From Octopus vulgaris (taxonomy: Eukaryota), in the NCBI GenBank assembly GCA_951406725.2, contig OX597820.1:113832001-113896000 (forward strand): a DNA stretch of 64,000 nt, written 5' to 3'. Both the position numbers and the translations under genes were made by a program. Of this stretch, positions 26,501 through 58,935 are shown piece after piece. Numbering within the stretch: the stretch's first letter is position 1; every line of letters starts with the position of its first letter. Under the pieces are notes generated by a model that had not been told where the DNA came from, did no database searches, and was given only the letters and a program-made list of their open reading frames with translations.

Positions 26501-28726
26501 GAGAGTTAAGCCCAAATCTTGAAAAGCCAAAATAAACACTGTTCACTGCCAGCCATGCAGCCTCAAAATTTCAGAATGTGATAGAGTCAGGTGGTCTTTC
26601 ATTTTAAGCATGCCAGTGGCACATAAAAGACACCATTCCAGTGTGATCGTTACCAGCTTCGCCTTACTGGCACTTGTGCCCAGTGCTAGTAGGGTGCTAA
26701 GAGCACCATCTGAGTGTGATCGTGAGCGGCTAACTGGCTTCCGTGCCGGTGGCATGTAGGAGGCACCATTCGAGCGGGATCATTACCAGCATCGCCTTAC
26801 TTGGCATGTGTAAAAAACAAAAAATTCGAGCGAGGTCGTTGCCAGTACCGCCTGACTGGCCCCCAAGCTGGTGGCACGTAAAAGCACCCATGCACTCTCG
26901 GAGTGGTTGGCGTTAGGAAGGGCATCCAGCTGTAGAAACACTGCCAGATCAAGACTGGAGCCTGGTGCAGCTATCTGGTTCGCCAGCCCACAGTCAAACC
27001 GTCCAACCCATGCTAGCATGGAAAGCAGACGTTAAACGATGATGATGATGATGAACCATTTCATTCCATCCTATGTCATATTCCTCTAATGGCAAAGGCA
27101 ATGAACTGGCTGAATTATTAGTACACCAGGCAAAATGCTTAGCAATATTTCGTTCATCATTATGTTCTGAGTTCTAATTCCACCAAGATCCACTTTGCTT
27201 TTCATCCTTTCGAGGTCAATAAAATTAGTATCAGCTGAGCACTGGGGTTGATGTAATTAACTGAAGCCCCTCCCACTAAAATTAGTATCAGCCGAGCACT
27301 GGGGTTGATGTAATTAACTGAAGCCCCTCCCACTAAAATTACTGGCCCTGTGCCAAAATTTGAAACTAATATCATCCAAAGGTTGGGCTCAACACTGATA
27401 ACACAGAATCATATAGCATACTCGGGAAGCTTGGAAACTGCAGTATTCGGTTTCCAGACTTTCTACAGAATATTTGTGCTAAGTATGACACACAACGCTA
27501 ATTTTAGCACTGCTTCCATCATTATTAAAGAATATATATAAATATATAAATCATACAATTTTACGTAGAGATTGTTAACTTTAACAATACTCAGAAACAG
27601 GCTAGAATCGGTACTACTTAAGAAGAGTGGCCCCGGTGCGCGCACTCGCGTACTCGCGCTAGCTAGTCGTGAATAGTCGATCCTACAACGACTACCTAGC
27701 AAAGTAAATAAAACACAAAATAAATAATTTGTTTTACACAAAGTAAATAAAACACAAAAACAAAATATATATTTTTTTAAACAAAGTAAATAAAACAAAA
27801 ATACAAAGTAAGGATCGACTATTCACGACTAGCTGGAGTGGATGCGCAAGTATGCGAGTGCGCGCACCGGGACCACTCTTCTTAAGTAGTACCGCTAGAA
27901 TCAAATTACCAGTTGCGTACTAGGATCGATCTAACCGTCTGGGACCCCTCCCTAAAAATTTCGGGCCTTGTGCCTAGAGTAGAAAAGTATAGCAGTACTT
28001 CCAGGATTCGGCCCATCTCTCGTCCGGGAGATAAAAATAAACTATTGAAATATGCTTTATTCTTTGGGGGATAAAATTTTAATTTTCGAAAATGTTACCC
28101 TTTGGGGTACATGTATGAATTATTTGAGAACACGGCGAAGTCTTTCGGAAGAGTTGTGTATATTTGAAGATTTGACTGCTATTTATAGATCCAGCGATCT
28201 CAAGTAACACGTGCTGGGGGGGAAATGTGTCTACAATGAGGGTCCATATAATATTTTAACATATTTTGTAACACAATTCCTAATAAATTTTAATTACGAA
28301 AATTTAAGGTAAATCTAATTGGATAGGATTTTTAAAAACACAGAATGGGTACGAGGGTCCAGTTGAATAAAATAGTAATCAAGAGGGTCCAGCGGCAAAA
28401 ACAAAAAAAAATAGTTGAGAACCACTAAGTTAGATAAATTGGTGATCCTTTAAATTAAGGTTTTGAACCAAACAAACAGTAAGAAAACACATAATTCGGC
28501 GAACGGTACTCGTAACGAAAGATCGCCAATTTTTTTTTTTTTGCGTAACTTCGGTATAGGTACCGGATACATTTCAAGAAAGTGGGTTTTTGGCACTGTT
28601 ATGCTTTTAGCTGTCAGAAGTGAAAGTCGTCAACTTCGTGTATTTACGTCAGATTTATACCTTCGTTAATTTACGTACCACCACGCTGTTAGGTTTATAA
28701 AACTATATATATATATATGTATACAC

Positions 28727-28788
<62 letters not shown>

Positions 28789-29783
28789 AGACACATATTT
28801 AATTAAACTATTGACCGCCTTAAAACGGGTTTCATTAATGAATAATGCAAGAATATATTTATTTCTAAAGTTTCAACAGAACATGGAATGAAATGTATTT
28901 ATTTATAATATATATGGGGGAGTTAGGTTTGGGAGAAAATGTAAACAAAGCCACTTCCGGTACCTATACCGAAGGATCGCCTTTTTTTTTGTCTAATGTC
29001 GAAGTTGGTGTGTGAGTGTTTTATGTTTGTTATGTATTTTATGATCAGATTTATAGATATTACGCATATATATATTGGGCTAAACTGGCAAAATGATCAT
29101 TCCTAAATACAACACTATTCGTAGTGTTTTAATTTTTCCTTTTCTGTCTAATGAAGAAGTTGGTGTCCCGTGTGTTCAGAACTAATAGGGTTCCTTTCGT
29201 TCCTTATTACAAGAATCGGGTGGAGCCGCTGCCACCCGTCATTTAAAAGCATTTATTTTATGTACGAACTAGCAGTATCGCCCGGCGTTGCTCGGGTTTG
29301 TATAAGCATTTTTAGAGAGTTACTTCCCTTATATAATAGCGAAAAAATGCATCAAAATGGAAAAAAATGATGGTAATTTTTTTTTTAAATCGTAAACTCA
29401 TTGTAGACGCGCGCTAATACCCAGAAGGGCTCGATATGAATCACGACTATAAGATACCCGGTTTTGGTTAAACTGCACCGCAAAATGTGGGAGTAGTTAG
29501 GAATCTAAATCGAAGGGGACAGGCAGCACACAACCTCTCTTTTATATATAAAGATATTGCTGAAGTTCTTTAGAAATGTCTTTAATGACGTCCGCGTTTG
29601 TATTTGTCTCGTCATTGATTGCTACTGGCTCCACGTTGGATTTATTTTAATATGTTTATTTGAATTTATGACTGGATTGAAATGTCGATAACCGAAAAAA
29701 AGTCGTAGAAACTTACCATTACTCCAGGCAGAACCAGTTGGATTGACGGAGTATTTCACTCGTTCGTGTTTCTCTGCTAACAT
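17231..29783 (-). CDS. PINX1: PinX1-like G-patch protein (PIN2/TERF1-interacting telomerase inhibitor 1 family), 5 coding exons, 557 aa
   Basis: Exons 29783-29717, 24401-24279, 22680-22515, 19975-19801 and 18373-17231 are all GT-AG with consistent phases (1674 nt). The spliced protein [44 protein letters not shown]...HQDDFNSLL...[15 protein letters not shown]...EYFAMKM matches the PinX1 N-terminus and G-patch motifs. Confidence 0.9.
18550..18950 (+). mobile_element. Abundant SINE family (GGTAAGAAGCTTGCTTCCC...GGATTTGGTAGA...CCAGCATGGCC); further copies at about 8000-8392, 21085-21525, 30920-31110, 33680-34025, 36570-36880 and 42670-42830
   Basis: The same ~400-bp sequence, with an internal (TA/TG)n tract, recurs on both strands through the window. 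Confidence 0.8.
19285..19545 (-). mobile_element. tRNA-derived SINE (related head at about 47157-47495 + and 4385-4500 +)
   Basis: Head TGGCTTAGTGG...GTTTCGATTCC followed by a CTTGAGCAA...CCAGTTCACTCAGCTG body. Confidence 0.7.
19801..19975 (-). CDS. PINX1: PINX1 exon 4
   Basis: [23 protein letters not shown] motif; acceptor TCAG, donor GTAAGG. Confidence 0.88.
21615..22426 (-). mobile_element. RTE-clade LINE RT fragment in PINX1 intron 3, same family as 61400-64000
   Basis: [30 protein letters not shown] and [10 protein letters not shown] (degenerate YADD); internal deletion and frameshifts. Confidence 0.85.
22515..22680 (-). CDS. PINX1: PINX1 exon 3
   Basis: GLG...[12 protein letters not shown]...KRRVH; acceptor ACAG, donor GTAAGT. 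Confidence 0.9.
23686..23906. mobile_element. piggyBac-type MITE with TTAA TSD; copies at about 40337-40553 and 58155-58368
   Basis: TTAA|CCCTTTCGTTAC...GTAACAAAAAGG|TTAA here; the copy at 58155-58368 ends GTAACGAAAGGG|TTAA. Confidence 0.8.
24279..24401 (-). CDS. PINX1: PINX1 exon 2 (G-patch)
   Basis: [21 protein letters not shown]-patch motif; acceptor TCAG, donor GTAAGT. Confidence 0.92.
25285..25510 (-). mobile_element. Second abundant tRNA-derived SINE family (GGCGAGCTGGCAGAA...GAGTTCAAATTCC...CTGGGGTCGAT); copies at about 5770-5990, 20680-21045, 27100-27365, 39320-39520 and 55330-55535
   Basis: B-box GTTCAAATTCC and a shared body across multiple copies. Confidence 0.8.
25565..26120 (+). 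mobile_element. Mariner-like transposase N-terminal remnant
   Basis: EQRASVKF...GKT...[16 protein letters not shown]...LEDQPHSE and [12 protein letters not shown] motifs; stops and frameshifts. Confidence 0.8.
26610..27052 (+). mobile_element. Abundant retroelement family ending in CCATGCTAGCATGG...(GAT)n; copies at about 36900-37135, 40610-40775, 41835-42060, 44745-45075 (-) and 51675-51945
   Basis: Shared GGTTGGCGTTAGGAAGGGCATCCAGCTGTAGAAA core and (GAT)n tail. Confidence 0.8.
27610..27893. mobile_element. MITE with ~70-bp TIRs and 9-bp TSD (Merlin-like)
   Basis: GGTACTACTTAAGAAGAGTGG...CCACTCTTCTTAAGTAGTACC; GCTAGAATC duplicated at 27601-27609 and 27894-27902. Confidence 0.85.
28549..28974. 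mobile_element. MITE-like element with a 19-bp terminal inverted repeat
   Basis: CTTCGGTATAGGTACCGGA ... TCCGGTACCTATACCGAAG; internal (TA)n; no clear TSD. Confidence 0.55.
29269..29554 (-). mobile_element. Non-autonomous Helitron-like element in PINX1 intron 1
   Basis: Minus strand A|TCTTTATATATAAAAG ... CCCGAGCAACGCCGGG hairpin ... CTAG|T: Helitron 5'-TC and 3'-CTAG ends inserted in an AT dinucleotide. Confidence 0.7.
29717..29783 (-). CDS. PINX1: PINX1 coding exon 1 ([22 protein letters not shown])
   Basis: ATG at 29783, donor GTAAGT at 29716-29711. Not in the ORF track. Resembles the PinX1 N-terminus MLAE...AWSND. Confidence 0.85.
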
Positions 29784-30192
29784 GACTTCTTCGATGTAAG
29801 AAATACCAAGACAGAAATAATCTTTCGAGGCTGGCGAGAGAGAGAGAGAGGAAGTCGCTACGAGTGTAGCAGCAGCGGTGGAAACAGTTTAACCTGATTT
29901 CATTCAGCTTTCATTCAGCCACACAACCAAACATAGACTGATGAATCACTGAACGTTGCACATATCATCTCTGACATCACTAAACACTGAGAAGTATTCT
30001 CAATCCAGTCGACTAACAACATTCTGTAATTCATCAGTATTCTTAACAACTAAAATATCGGAATAACGACGACGACAATTGGTACTTAAACTGGTACATC
30101 GTCTCACTTCAATAAAGGGGGAAAAAAAGGGGGAGGGCGACCCTTGCAATGAAGAATTCAGTTTGTGTATTTTAAATCGAATTGTTGCCAAC

Positions 30193-30224
<32 letters not shown>

Positions 30225-30755
30225 TGTGTGTATATATGTGTGTGTGTGTGTATGTTGTGCGTATATATATGTGTGTGTGTGTGTGTTGTGTGTATATATG
30301 TGTGTGTGTGTGTTGTGTGTATATATGTGTGTGTGTGTGTGTGTATGTTGTGTGTATATATATGTGTGTGTGTATGTTGTGTGTATATATGTGTGTGTGT
30401 GTGTGTGTATATATGTGTGTGTATGTTGTGTGTATATATGTGTGTGTGTGTGTGTGTATATATATGTGTGTGTGTGTTGTGTGTATATATGTGTGTGTGT
30501 ATGTTATGTGTATATATATGTGTGTGTATGTATGTTATGTGTATATATATGTGTGTGTGTATGTTATGTGTATATATATGTGTGTGTGTATTATGTGTAT
30601 ATATATGTGTGTGTGTGTGTGTTGTGTGTATATATATGTGTGTGTTGTGTGTATATATGTGTGTGTGTGTATGTTATGTGTATATATATGTGTGTGTGTG
30701 TGTTGTGTGTATATATGTGTGTGTGTATGTTATGTGTATATATATGTGTGTGTGT

Positions 30756-30790
<35 letters not shown>
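30193..30790. repeat. Compound higher-order (TG)n/(TA)n microsatellite between the PINX1 and PLK1 starts
   Basis: About 20 variable units of GTTGTGTGTATATATGTGTGTG. Confidence 0.9.
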
Positions 30791-30791
<1 letters not shown>

Positions 30792-30887
30792 AGAAGTATT
30801 GGGGGTGATGTACAGATTAATACATATGAAAGAAAAAAGGTGTTCAGAATGCTGAATGGTTGTAAAAATATATATTTATTTGTATAT

Positions 30888-30918
<31 letters not shown>

Positions 30919-31378
30919 GTTTGTCCCCACTAGCATTGCTTGACAACCGATGCTGGTGTGTTTATGTCCCAGTTACTTAGCGGTTCGGCAGAAGTGACCG
31001 ATTGAATAAGTACTGGGCTTACAAAAGAATAAGTCCCGGGGTCGAGTTGCTCGATTAAAGGCGGTGCTCCAGCATGGCCGCAGTCATATGACTGAAACAA
31101 GTAAAAGAGTAATATATACGGTTAAAATTATTTTTAAAGCTATTTTAATATGCGGCCACATTTTTTGATGGAATTTTTTTCTGTAAAAAAACTTCATCCT
31201 ATATTAGTAGTATATATATATATATATATATACACACACATATACACTACCTTCCCAAGATACAGGGGAAATGGGAGTTAGAGACTACAGTGGAATCAGC
31301 AGCAGTTTCACGTTTGTTCCACTCTTACTTCTCCTCTCTTCGCCTCCCACTCCAGCTTACTCCCTAATGAAATTTCAG

Positions 31379-31482
31379 CCAATGAAATGTCGAGTTATAT
31401 ACATTATCCAATGAAATCGATTGTTTGCGGAAAACCGCAATATTTAAAAAGTAATCCTGATTTTGCATCAAACAAGTTTGAA
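31379..31482 (+). promoter_or_regulatory. Putative G2/M cell-cycle promoter of PLK1: two CCAAT boxes, an E2F/CDE-like site and CHR-like hexamers
   Basis: CCAATGAAAT at 31379 and 31408; GCGGAAAA at 31427-31434; TTTAAA at 31443-31448; TTTGAA at 31477-31482. All lie within 150 nt of the ATG. Confidence 0.55.
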
Positions 31483-31521
31483 CTTGCTTCAATTTGATGT
31501 GAAAAACAACTTAACAGAATT

Positions 31522-52603
<21,082 letters not shown>

Positions 52604-53540
52604 GCCTTTTGTAAATCATCAAATAATGGACTAATAATCATTTGGTGTGGTGGAGACACTGGCACCAGGAAACTCAAGGAGGATCTTCTATTGCCTCTTG
52701 ACTTCAGGGTTTCGAGCAATTCTTGAAATTGCCAGACAATAGTGTAAAATGAAATTAAAAGAAACCCTTTAGTTTCTCACTGCTTTGACTTCAACACACA
52801 CACACACACCTCATATATATGTGTGTGTGTGTGTATTTGAGATCTATACATAATATCTAAAATGGTGTGGTTTAAAGTGTTACTGTTTCAGTAGTAACGC
52901 ATTTTGTATACACACACACTCACACACACAAACAATCACAAATATATTCTCACACTTTACTCGCCCCCTTCCCAACTCTCCAAACTCAATATTTAAGCCT
53001 TTAGCCCTTTCTTTTCTGTTTCTATTGCTGAAAATGTGCTCCTTACCTGTGTCTGGTGACTGTTGGTCATGTGTGTGTGTTTCTATCCACTTTCTTTCCT
53101 TATCCAGCCTTTTATTTTTTCCTTTCATTCTTTTATCAATTTAATATCTTCTGTCAATGTTGCTATAATTGGTGAAGGCCAATTTCTTTGAAATCCCAGA
53201 AGCGGGCCAGAATTGAAACAGGATCAAACTATAACTGGTATTTTAAAGAAATAAAACGAGAAACCTTCACTTCTTTTACAACATAAATTTTTAGGGAGAA
53301 ATTGCCAAAAAAAAGATAGATATGTATATACTGATTTTTTTTTTTTTCTCTTGTTATTAATTTTCAACATTGCTTGGGACTGTTGTTTAATGAAGTTCTC
53401 CATTGTTATGCTGTGCAACATTTAGGTCTACTGATAGTTGCTGCTGTGCTTCGTTCTGCTTGATATTTTTCTCTTGAGAAATATCTTGCTACATTCATCT
53501 ATATTTTTGCTGCATCTTCCTTCACTTCGTCTTATATATA

Positions 53541-53574
<34 letters not shown>

Positions 53575-53999
53575 TGTGTGTCTGTGTGTGTGTGTGTGCA
53601 TATATGTAATTACATATACACATGCACACACAATATCAGTGATCCTGGACCACTCACGGACAGGAATTCAGGCCTAGACTTGATGTCTACGTGTCCACCT
53701 TCTGGAAAACTCTTTCACAATTTCATGACATTTAGGGGAGGTTGGGGTGGGATGGGGGGGTCAGAATAGGTCTTGATATCTTAATGTAGAGACAATGTAC
53801 ATATGAACTCTACTTAAATTCAACCAAATTCTTGGACTGACTCCAAAGTTGGTTGCATTTAATTTCTCTTCCTGTTGTGATTTTAGAAAATGGATTCTCT
53901 CTCTTTTTCTTCTTCCTTTCAACCTTTTATCTTCTGTAAACATTTTCTTAACCCATTTGTAAGTAAGCAGGTTTTTTTTTTTTTTTAATACTTGTTTCC

Positions 54000-54005
54000 A
54001 ATAAA
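54000..54005 (+). terminator. Likely PLK1 polyadenylation signal
   Basis: AATAAA about 1.4 kb after the stop, followed by a U-rich downstream element (about 54029-54051); repeats resume afterwards. Confidence 0.5.
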
Positions 54006-56574
54006 GATTTACACATCTGACCTTAATCCTTGTTTTTAATTTTTATATTTTCCAATTGAAAAAGCCTAAGCCTTTTGGTACCAACCTTGCTTTTATACAA
54101 TGAACTTTCAATATTAAAGTTATTTAAATTAAAACCTATCAAAATTTTACAAATTAATTGAAACAAAGACTATTTCTACAGAAATATGGTAACAAAAGTG
54201 CTAAAGGTTTTCCAAAACCAAATGCCCATTTGTATACACATAAACTATCTGTTGACCTTTGGAGCCTTTTAGTAAAGATTCAAGTCATTTAAGATCATTT
54301 CCATTACATCAATTTCAGTCAGTTTAGTGGCATGATGGAGAACCTAAAGTTATGATTTGGCTTCTCTTTTGTTTAGTCAAAATACGAGCACCAACATAAT
54401 CCCTGACCGGGCCTCTGAGACTGCTGTTAGGAGACTATCATTTGAATCTTTGCAACACCATGGAGTGACAAAGAATTGGTGTTAAACCAAACCAAAGAAC
54501 AGGAACAGTCTTGTAACGGTAAATGTAATTTGTTGTAGTCAAGGGTTGCCAATTTGTAATGGTTTGTATTATGATAATTGTTGGAGTCAGCAGTTACCAA
54601 TTGTAACCGGTGTTGATGTGCAAGATGAAAAAACACCGATCAAAGTTGTAAACATTTATTTACTGTGACATATTGTTATAGCCAAAGCATAATGGCTGCT
54701 AAAGTATAATTCGTAAAGCCTGAGAGATGAAGAGTGACCGCAAAGATTTTTTCCTTCTATAGGTATGTTTGTGTTCTCATCATTGTGTAGCAGTAAACCA
54801 CAGATAGAGGTAGTGTTGTAGGGAAGTGAAGCATCATAACTGCTGACTTCCACACAGAAATGTCTTCTCTCTCCCCCTTGGGTCAGGTTGCCTCTTATGT
54901 TGGTCACTTTTTACCAACTGACTTTGGCTTACAGAGTTCTTGTATTTATAACTATAGAAAACTAGTTAGAAAAATAGGTATATTGCAGAAACAATAGTAT
55001 TCTTTGGGGTCTTCTGCTATCTCAATTCAACTCTCCATCACATACAAGTGGCAAAAACAAATTGGCTTAGCCAAGCTGTGTGTTAAATATAACTACTATT
55101 GTCTTTCTGTGAGAAAAGTGCTGTTGAAATATGGGAAATTTGCCAAATCAGGTTCGAATCTATTCTATGCCTAAACAAAGTCACTACATTACTCATCCTC
55201 CAGAGAGCTAAGGAAAATAAACAAATGATCTCGGGAGAGTAAAGGCACAGCAGAAAAACATCCCATATTTTACATGGCCATTGGTGTGGCACTAGTAACC
55301 CTTTTTATATTTAAACCAGCCTTAAGGTGGAAAACTGTCAGAATCCTAAGTGTGCCGAGTGAAATGCTTAGTGGCATTTCATCCATCTTCACATTCCAAG
55401 TTCAAATTCCACCGAGGTTGACTTCACCTTTCATTTTTCAGGGTTGACAAAATAAGTACCAGTTAAGTACTGGGGTTAATGTAATCAACTTACCCCCTCC
55501 CCGAAAATTGCTGGCCTTGTACCAAAATTTGAATTCAATATTTAAACTGGCCATATCCAGCCCAAACATTCTGTTTCATGTTCTAACTGGTCTGAACTCT
55601 CACCTTATGTCTTTCTAAAAATATACAATCACATCACCAAAATTTTAAACCTAGGACAAAATGCATGATAAATTCAAAACAATGTTGATAAATAAGCATT
55701 CTATTTGACAGTGATCTGAATGCTAAAAGGTTAAAGATAGTCAGATGGTAAACTTGTCTACATGGAGCTCCCTCACCACCCAGTTATATCCTAGTTTGGA
55801 CATTTGCTGTTGCTGTTGAGCGAAGCGGTCTTCAGTGGGAGAAGTCCGAAACGTGGTCCTTTGCTATTCGTAAGACCCACAGAAGTGAAAGCAGGTCAAC
55901 CCCCGACACCGAGAGCATCTACGGATGGATGAATGTGCATCCAGGCTCAACGGTTGCGTAGGAAGTCGGGGACAAGAAACAGGAAGAAAGTTGGAGCGAA
56001 AGAGTAAAACAGGGGTCGCTACCACCCCCTGCCGGAGCATCATGGAGCTTTAGGTGTTTTTGCTCAATAAACACACACAACGCCTGGTCTGGGAATCAAA
56101 ACTGCGAGTCCGCTGCCCTAACCATTGGGCCATTGCTCCTCCACTACATTTGCTGCTGAAACATTTGTCAACCTACAAAATGTGGGAAGATTTTTGTTGA
56201 ATGCTGTATATCTTCCATTCAAGTAATTTGGGTGGTATCCATCTCCTCAGGATTTAGGTGCTGACAGCTCTCGAGGAGAGATTTTATTTTTAATTCTGTT
56301 GGGTACCCACATATCTTCTTCACTGGGAAAACCCAGCAAGAGGACAGTTTAACCCATTTGTTACTATATTTCTATTGAAAACTTCACCTTTTTTTTATCA
56401 TCATTATTTTAAAATTAATTTTTCTAAGCTTGCATAAATCAGGTGGAGTTTGAGGCAGATTTTCCATAGCAGGATGACCATTCTGTTGCCAACTTTTACC
56501 TATTTCCAAGCAAAGTATTTCCCCATGGCCTCATGCTTACCTTCTTGTACCTTGAGAGTTTGTTCTTGCATCAT

Positions 56575-57020
56575 TATCATCATTGTTCGACCGTGGTCGA
56601 GACAATGGAATTTACTATGTTACGCCAGACTTCACAATCCATCATAGCATTACGGAGGTTCTGTTGCTGGATGCCTGTATCCCTGGAGATTACATCAGAG
56701 TAGGAAAGTGTGCGCTCTCTGGCATCGCAAGCAGATGGCTTCCAGAGGAGAAGAGTAGAAATTACCTCGTTTTCAGCTCTACAACAATGTCCTGCAAACT
56801 GGACTCTTCTACCTTTCACAAGAGATGATACAGGTGGTAGTTTCCCATATATTTGTACTTTGGTTGGATGACACTTCCACGGGAGATTTTGAGCTCTCAT
56901 AAGGAGGCGAGTGTAAGTTCCATGCAACCACCTCTCAAGCTTCTTTGATAACGTCCAGGTTTCTGAGCCATATTGTAGAATTGTTTCGACTGTGGCTTTG
57001 AAGATTTTTAAGTTCTGGCA
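56575..57020 (-). mobile_element. RTE-type LINE 3' end fragment
   Basis: KIFKATVETILQYGSETWTL...RRVQFAGHCCR...LLLWKP followed by a (GAT)n tail. Confidence 0.8.
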
Positions 57021-57762
57021 CTCCATCACTACCCTCCATGTATCTCTTCTGCAACAAGTCGCCTGTGCTTGGCCCTTTGTCATACAGCTGGCACAAAGCC
57101 ACTTACCCCTCTCAAATACTCCCTACCAGGATCTTATTCCTTTTCCTTTTGCCCTGTTCTTATTTTTTTTTTTTTTTTGTTCTACAAGTCGCAGGGCAAA
57201 CTCACTTGTGCCAGTGGCATAAGAAAGCATCCAGTACACTCTGTAAGACGGTTCGCATTAGGAAAGGCATCCAGCTGAAGAAGCTATTCCATAGCAGACA
57301 TTGGGGCCAAATGCATTTGTCTGGCTTGTTTGACCCTGTTGAACCATCCAACACGGAATATGGAAGTTAAATAATGATGATATGTGTCTGTGTGCTGATG
57401 TCATGTCTTTACTTCACATGGTAGTTGTAAATGAGTGTCACTGATATGCAAGCCGGCTTTTGTTCCCAATTTTCTGTGGAAACATCTCACCTTGCTAGAA
57501 AACAGGTGAAGACTGGCAGTAGGAAGGCCATTCAGCTATATAAAAACCCCCGCTCAAATTCTGTCTGATCCATTCATACAAGGGATAGTTGACATTAAAA
57601 TAATAGCATATCAATAACCTGGTCTTGATTTGGCACCGTCAGAAACATGTCTTTGGCTTAACAGGATCATGTGAGCTATTTCTATTCTGTTCAACATAGT
57701 AAATAAATCCTTCCCCAGTTGTTCACTCAACAGAACAACATATTGATTGAATTATAGCAGAA

Positions 57763-58110
57763 ATAGCTGAGCATTCCAGACACATGTACCTGGAAGTAGC
57801 TGAGTATTCCAGACATATATGTACCTGGAAGTAGCTGAGTATTCCAGACACATGTACCTGGAAGTAGCTGAGTATTGCAGACACATGTACCTGGAAGTAG
57901 CTGAGTATTCTAGACACATGTACCTGGAAGTAGCTGAGTATTGCAGACACATGTACCTGGAAGTAGCTGAGTATTGCAGACACATATGTACCTGGAAGTA
58001 GCTGAGTATTGCAGACACATGTACCTGGAAGTAGCTGAGTATTCCAGACACATGTACCTGGAAGTAGCTGAGTATTGCAGACACATAGATCTTGGAGTAG
58101 CTGAGCATTG
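57763..58110. repeat. 33-bp minisatellite, about 10 copies
   Basis: Unit CACATGTACCTGGAAGTAGCTGAGTATT(C/G)CAGA, head-to-tail with no spacers. Confidence 0.92.
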
Positions 58111-58935
58111 CTGATCCATGAACCCTTAAGCTGATTGTGTTTGAAGATTGTTAACCCTTTCGTTAATGTATTTATTTTGAGATGTTCTGTGTTTCTTCCA
58201 ATTACTTTAACTATAACAAAGAATTTAGTAAAATAACTTAGTCATCATTAAGCTAGGAACATAATTTGTGACTAAGGTTTGGTGGAAGATTTTAATTAAA
58301 AACTTATGAAAACAAGGCATTGGTACTCAGAGCCAGAGCTGGTTTCAGCCAGGTTGGTAACGAAAGGGTTAAAGTGTGTGATTACAGATATAGTCTGTCT
58401 ATATGACTTCCACTGTTTGTTCAATCCCTTTCACTCACTCACCAACAGATGATACTCATCCCATGTAGTGTGAAGTACATTTCAACTTCAAATTTCTATC
58501 GTTGCAAAGTGATTTATACCATTCGATCATGATTATAGCCACTATTCAACATACTTAAGCACAACCTCCAACCAGCATTCTATTTAAAGATTCAAATAAT
58601 ATTTAAATGAGATGAATATACTTAATTACATTACAGAGCATAGATAAACAGAAGCCAAGAAATATTATTCGAAGCCTGTTTTAAAATATGAAATAAGATC
58701 AGATCTGAACTATGCTTTAAAATATGAAAATGTGTTTCTAATAGAGGCATTTCACCCTAAGTCCATTAGACTTGTTAAGGTATTTCCCATAATTCAGAGT
58801 AGCAAAGCATGCACCCTTACCTATCATCTGAATAGGGTAGTACATATTTTATTATGCTCCAGGTAATTTGGAATCTAATCTTTTTTTTTTTGTCTTTTAC
58901 TTCTCAAATTTTTTCCATGAGTGATGAAACAATTA

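Noticed and set aside
57763-58110. Possible CRISPR array
   Set aside because: Repeats are directly head-to-tail with no unique spacers, the context is eukaryotic and there are no cas genes.
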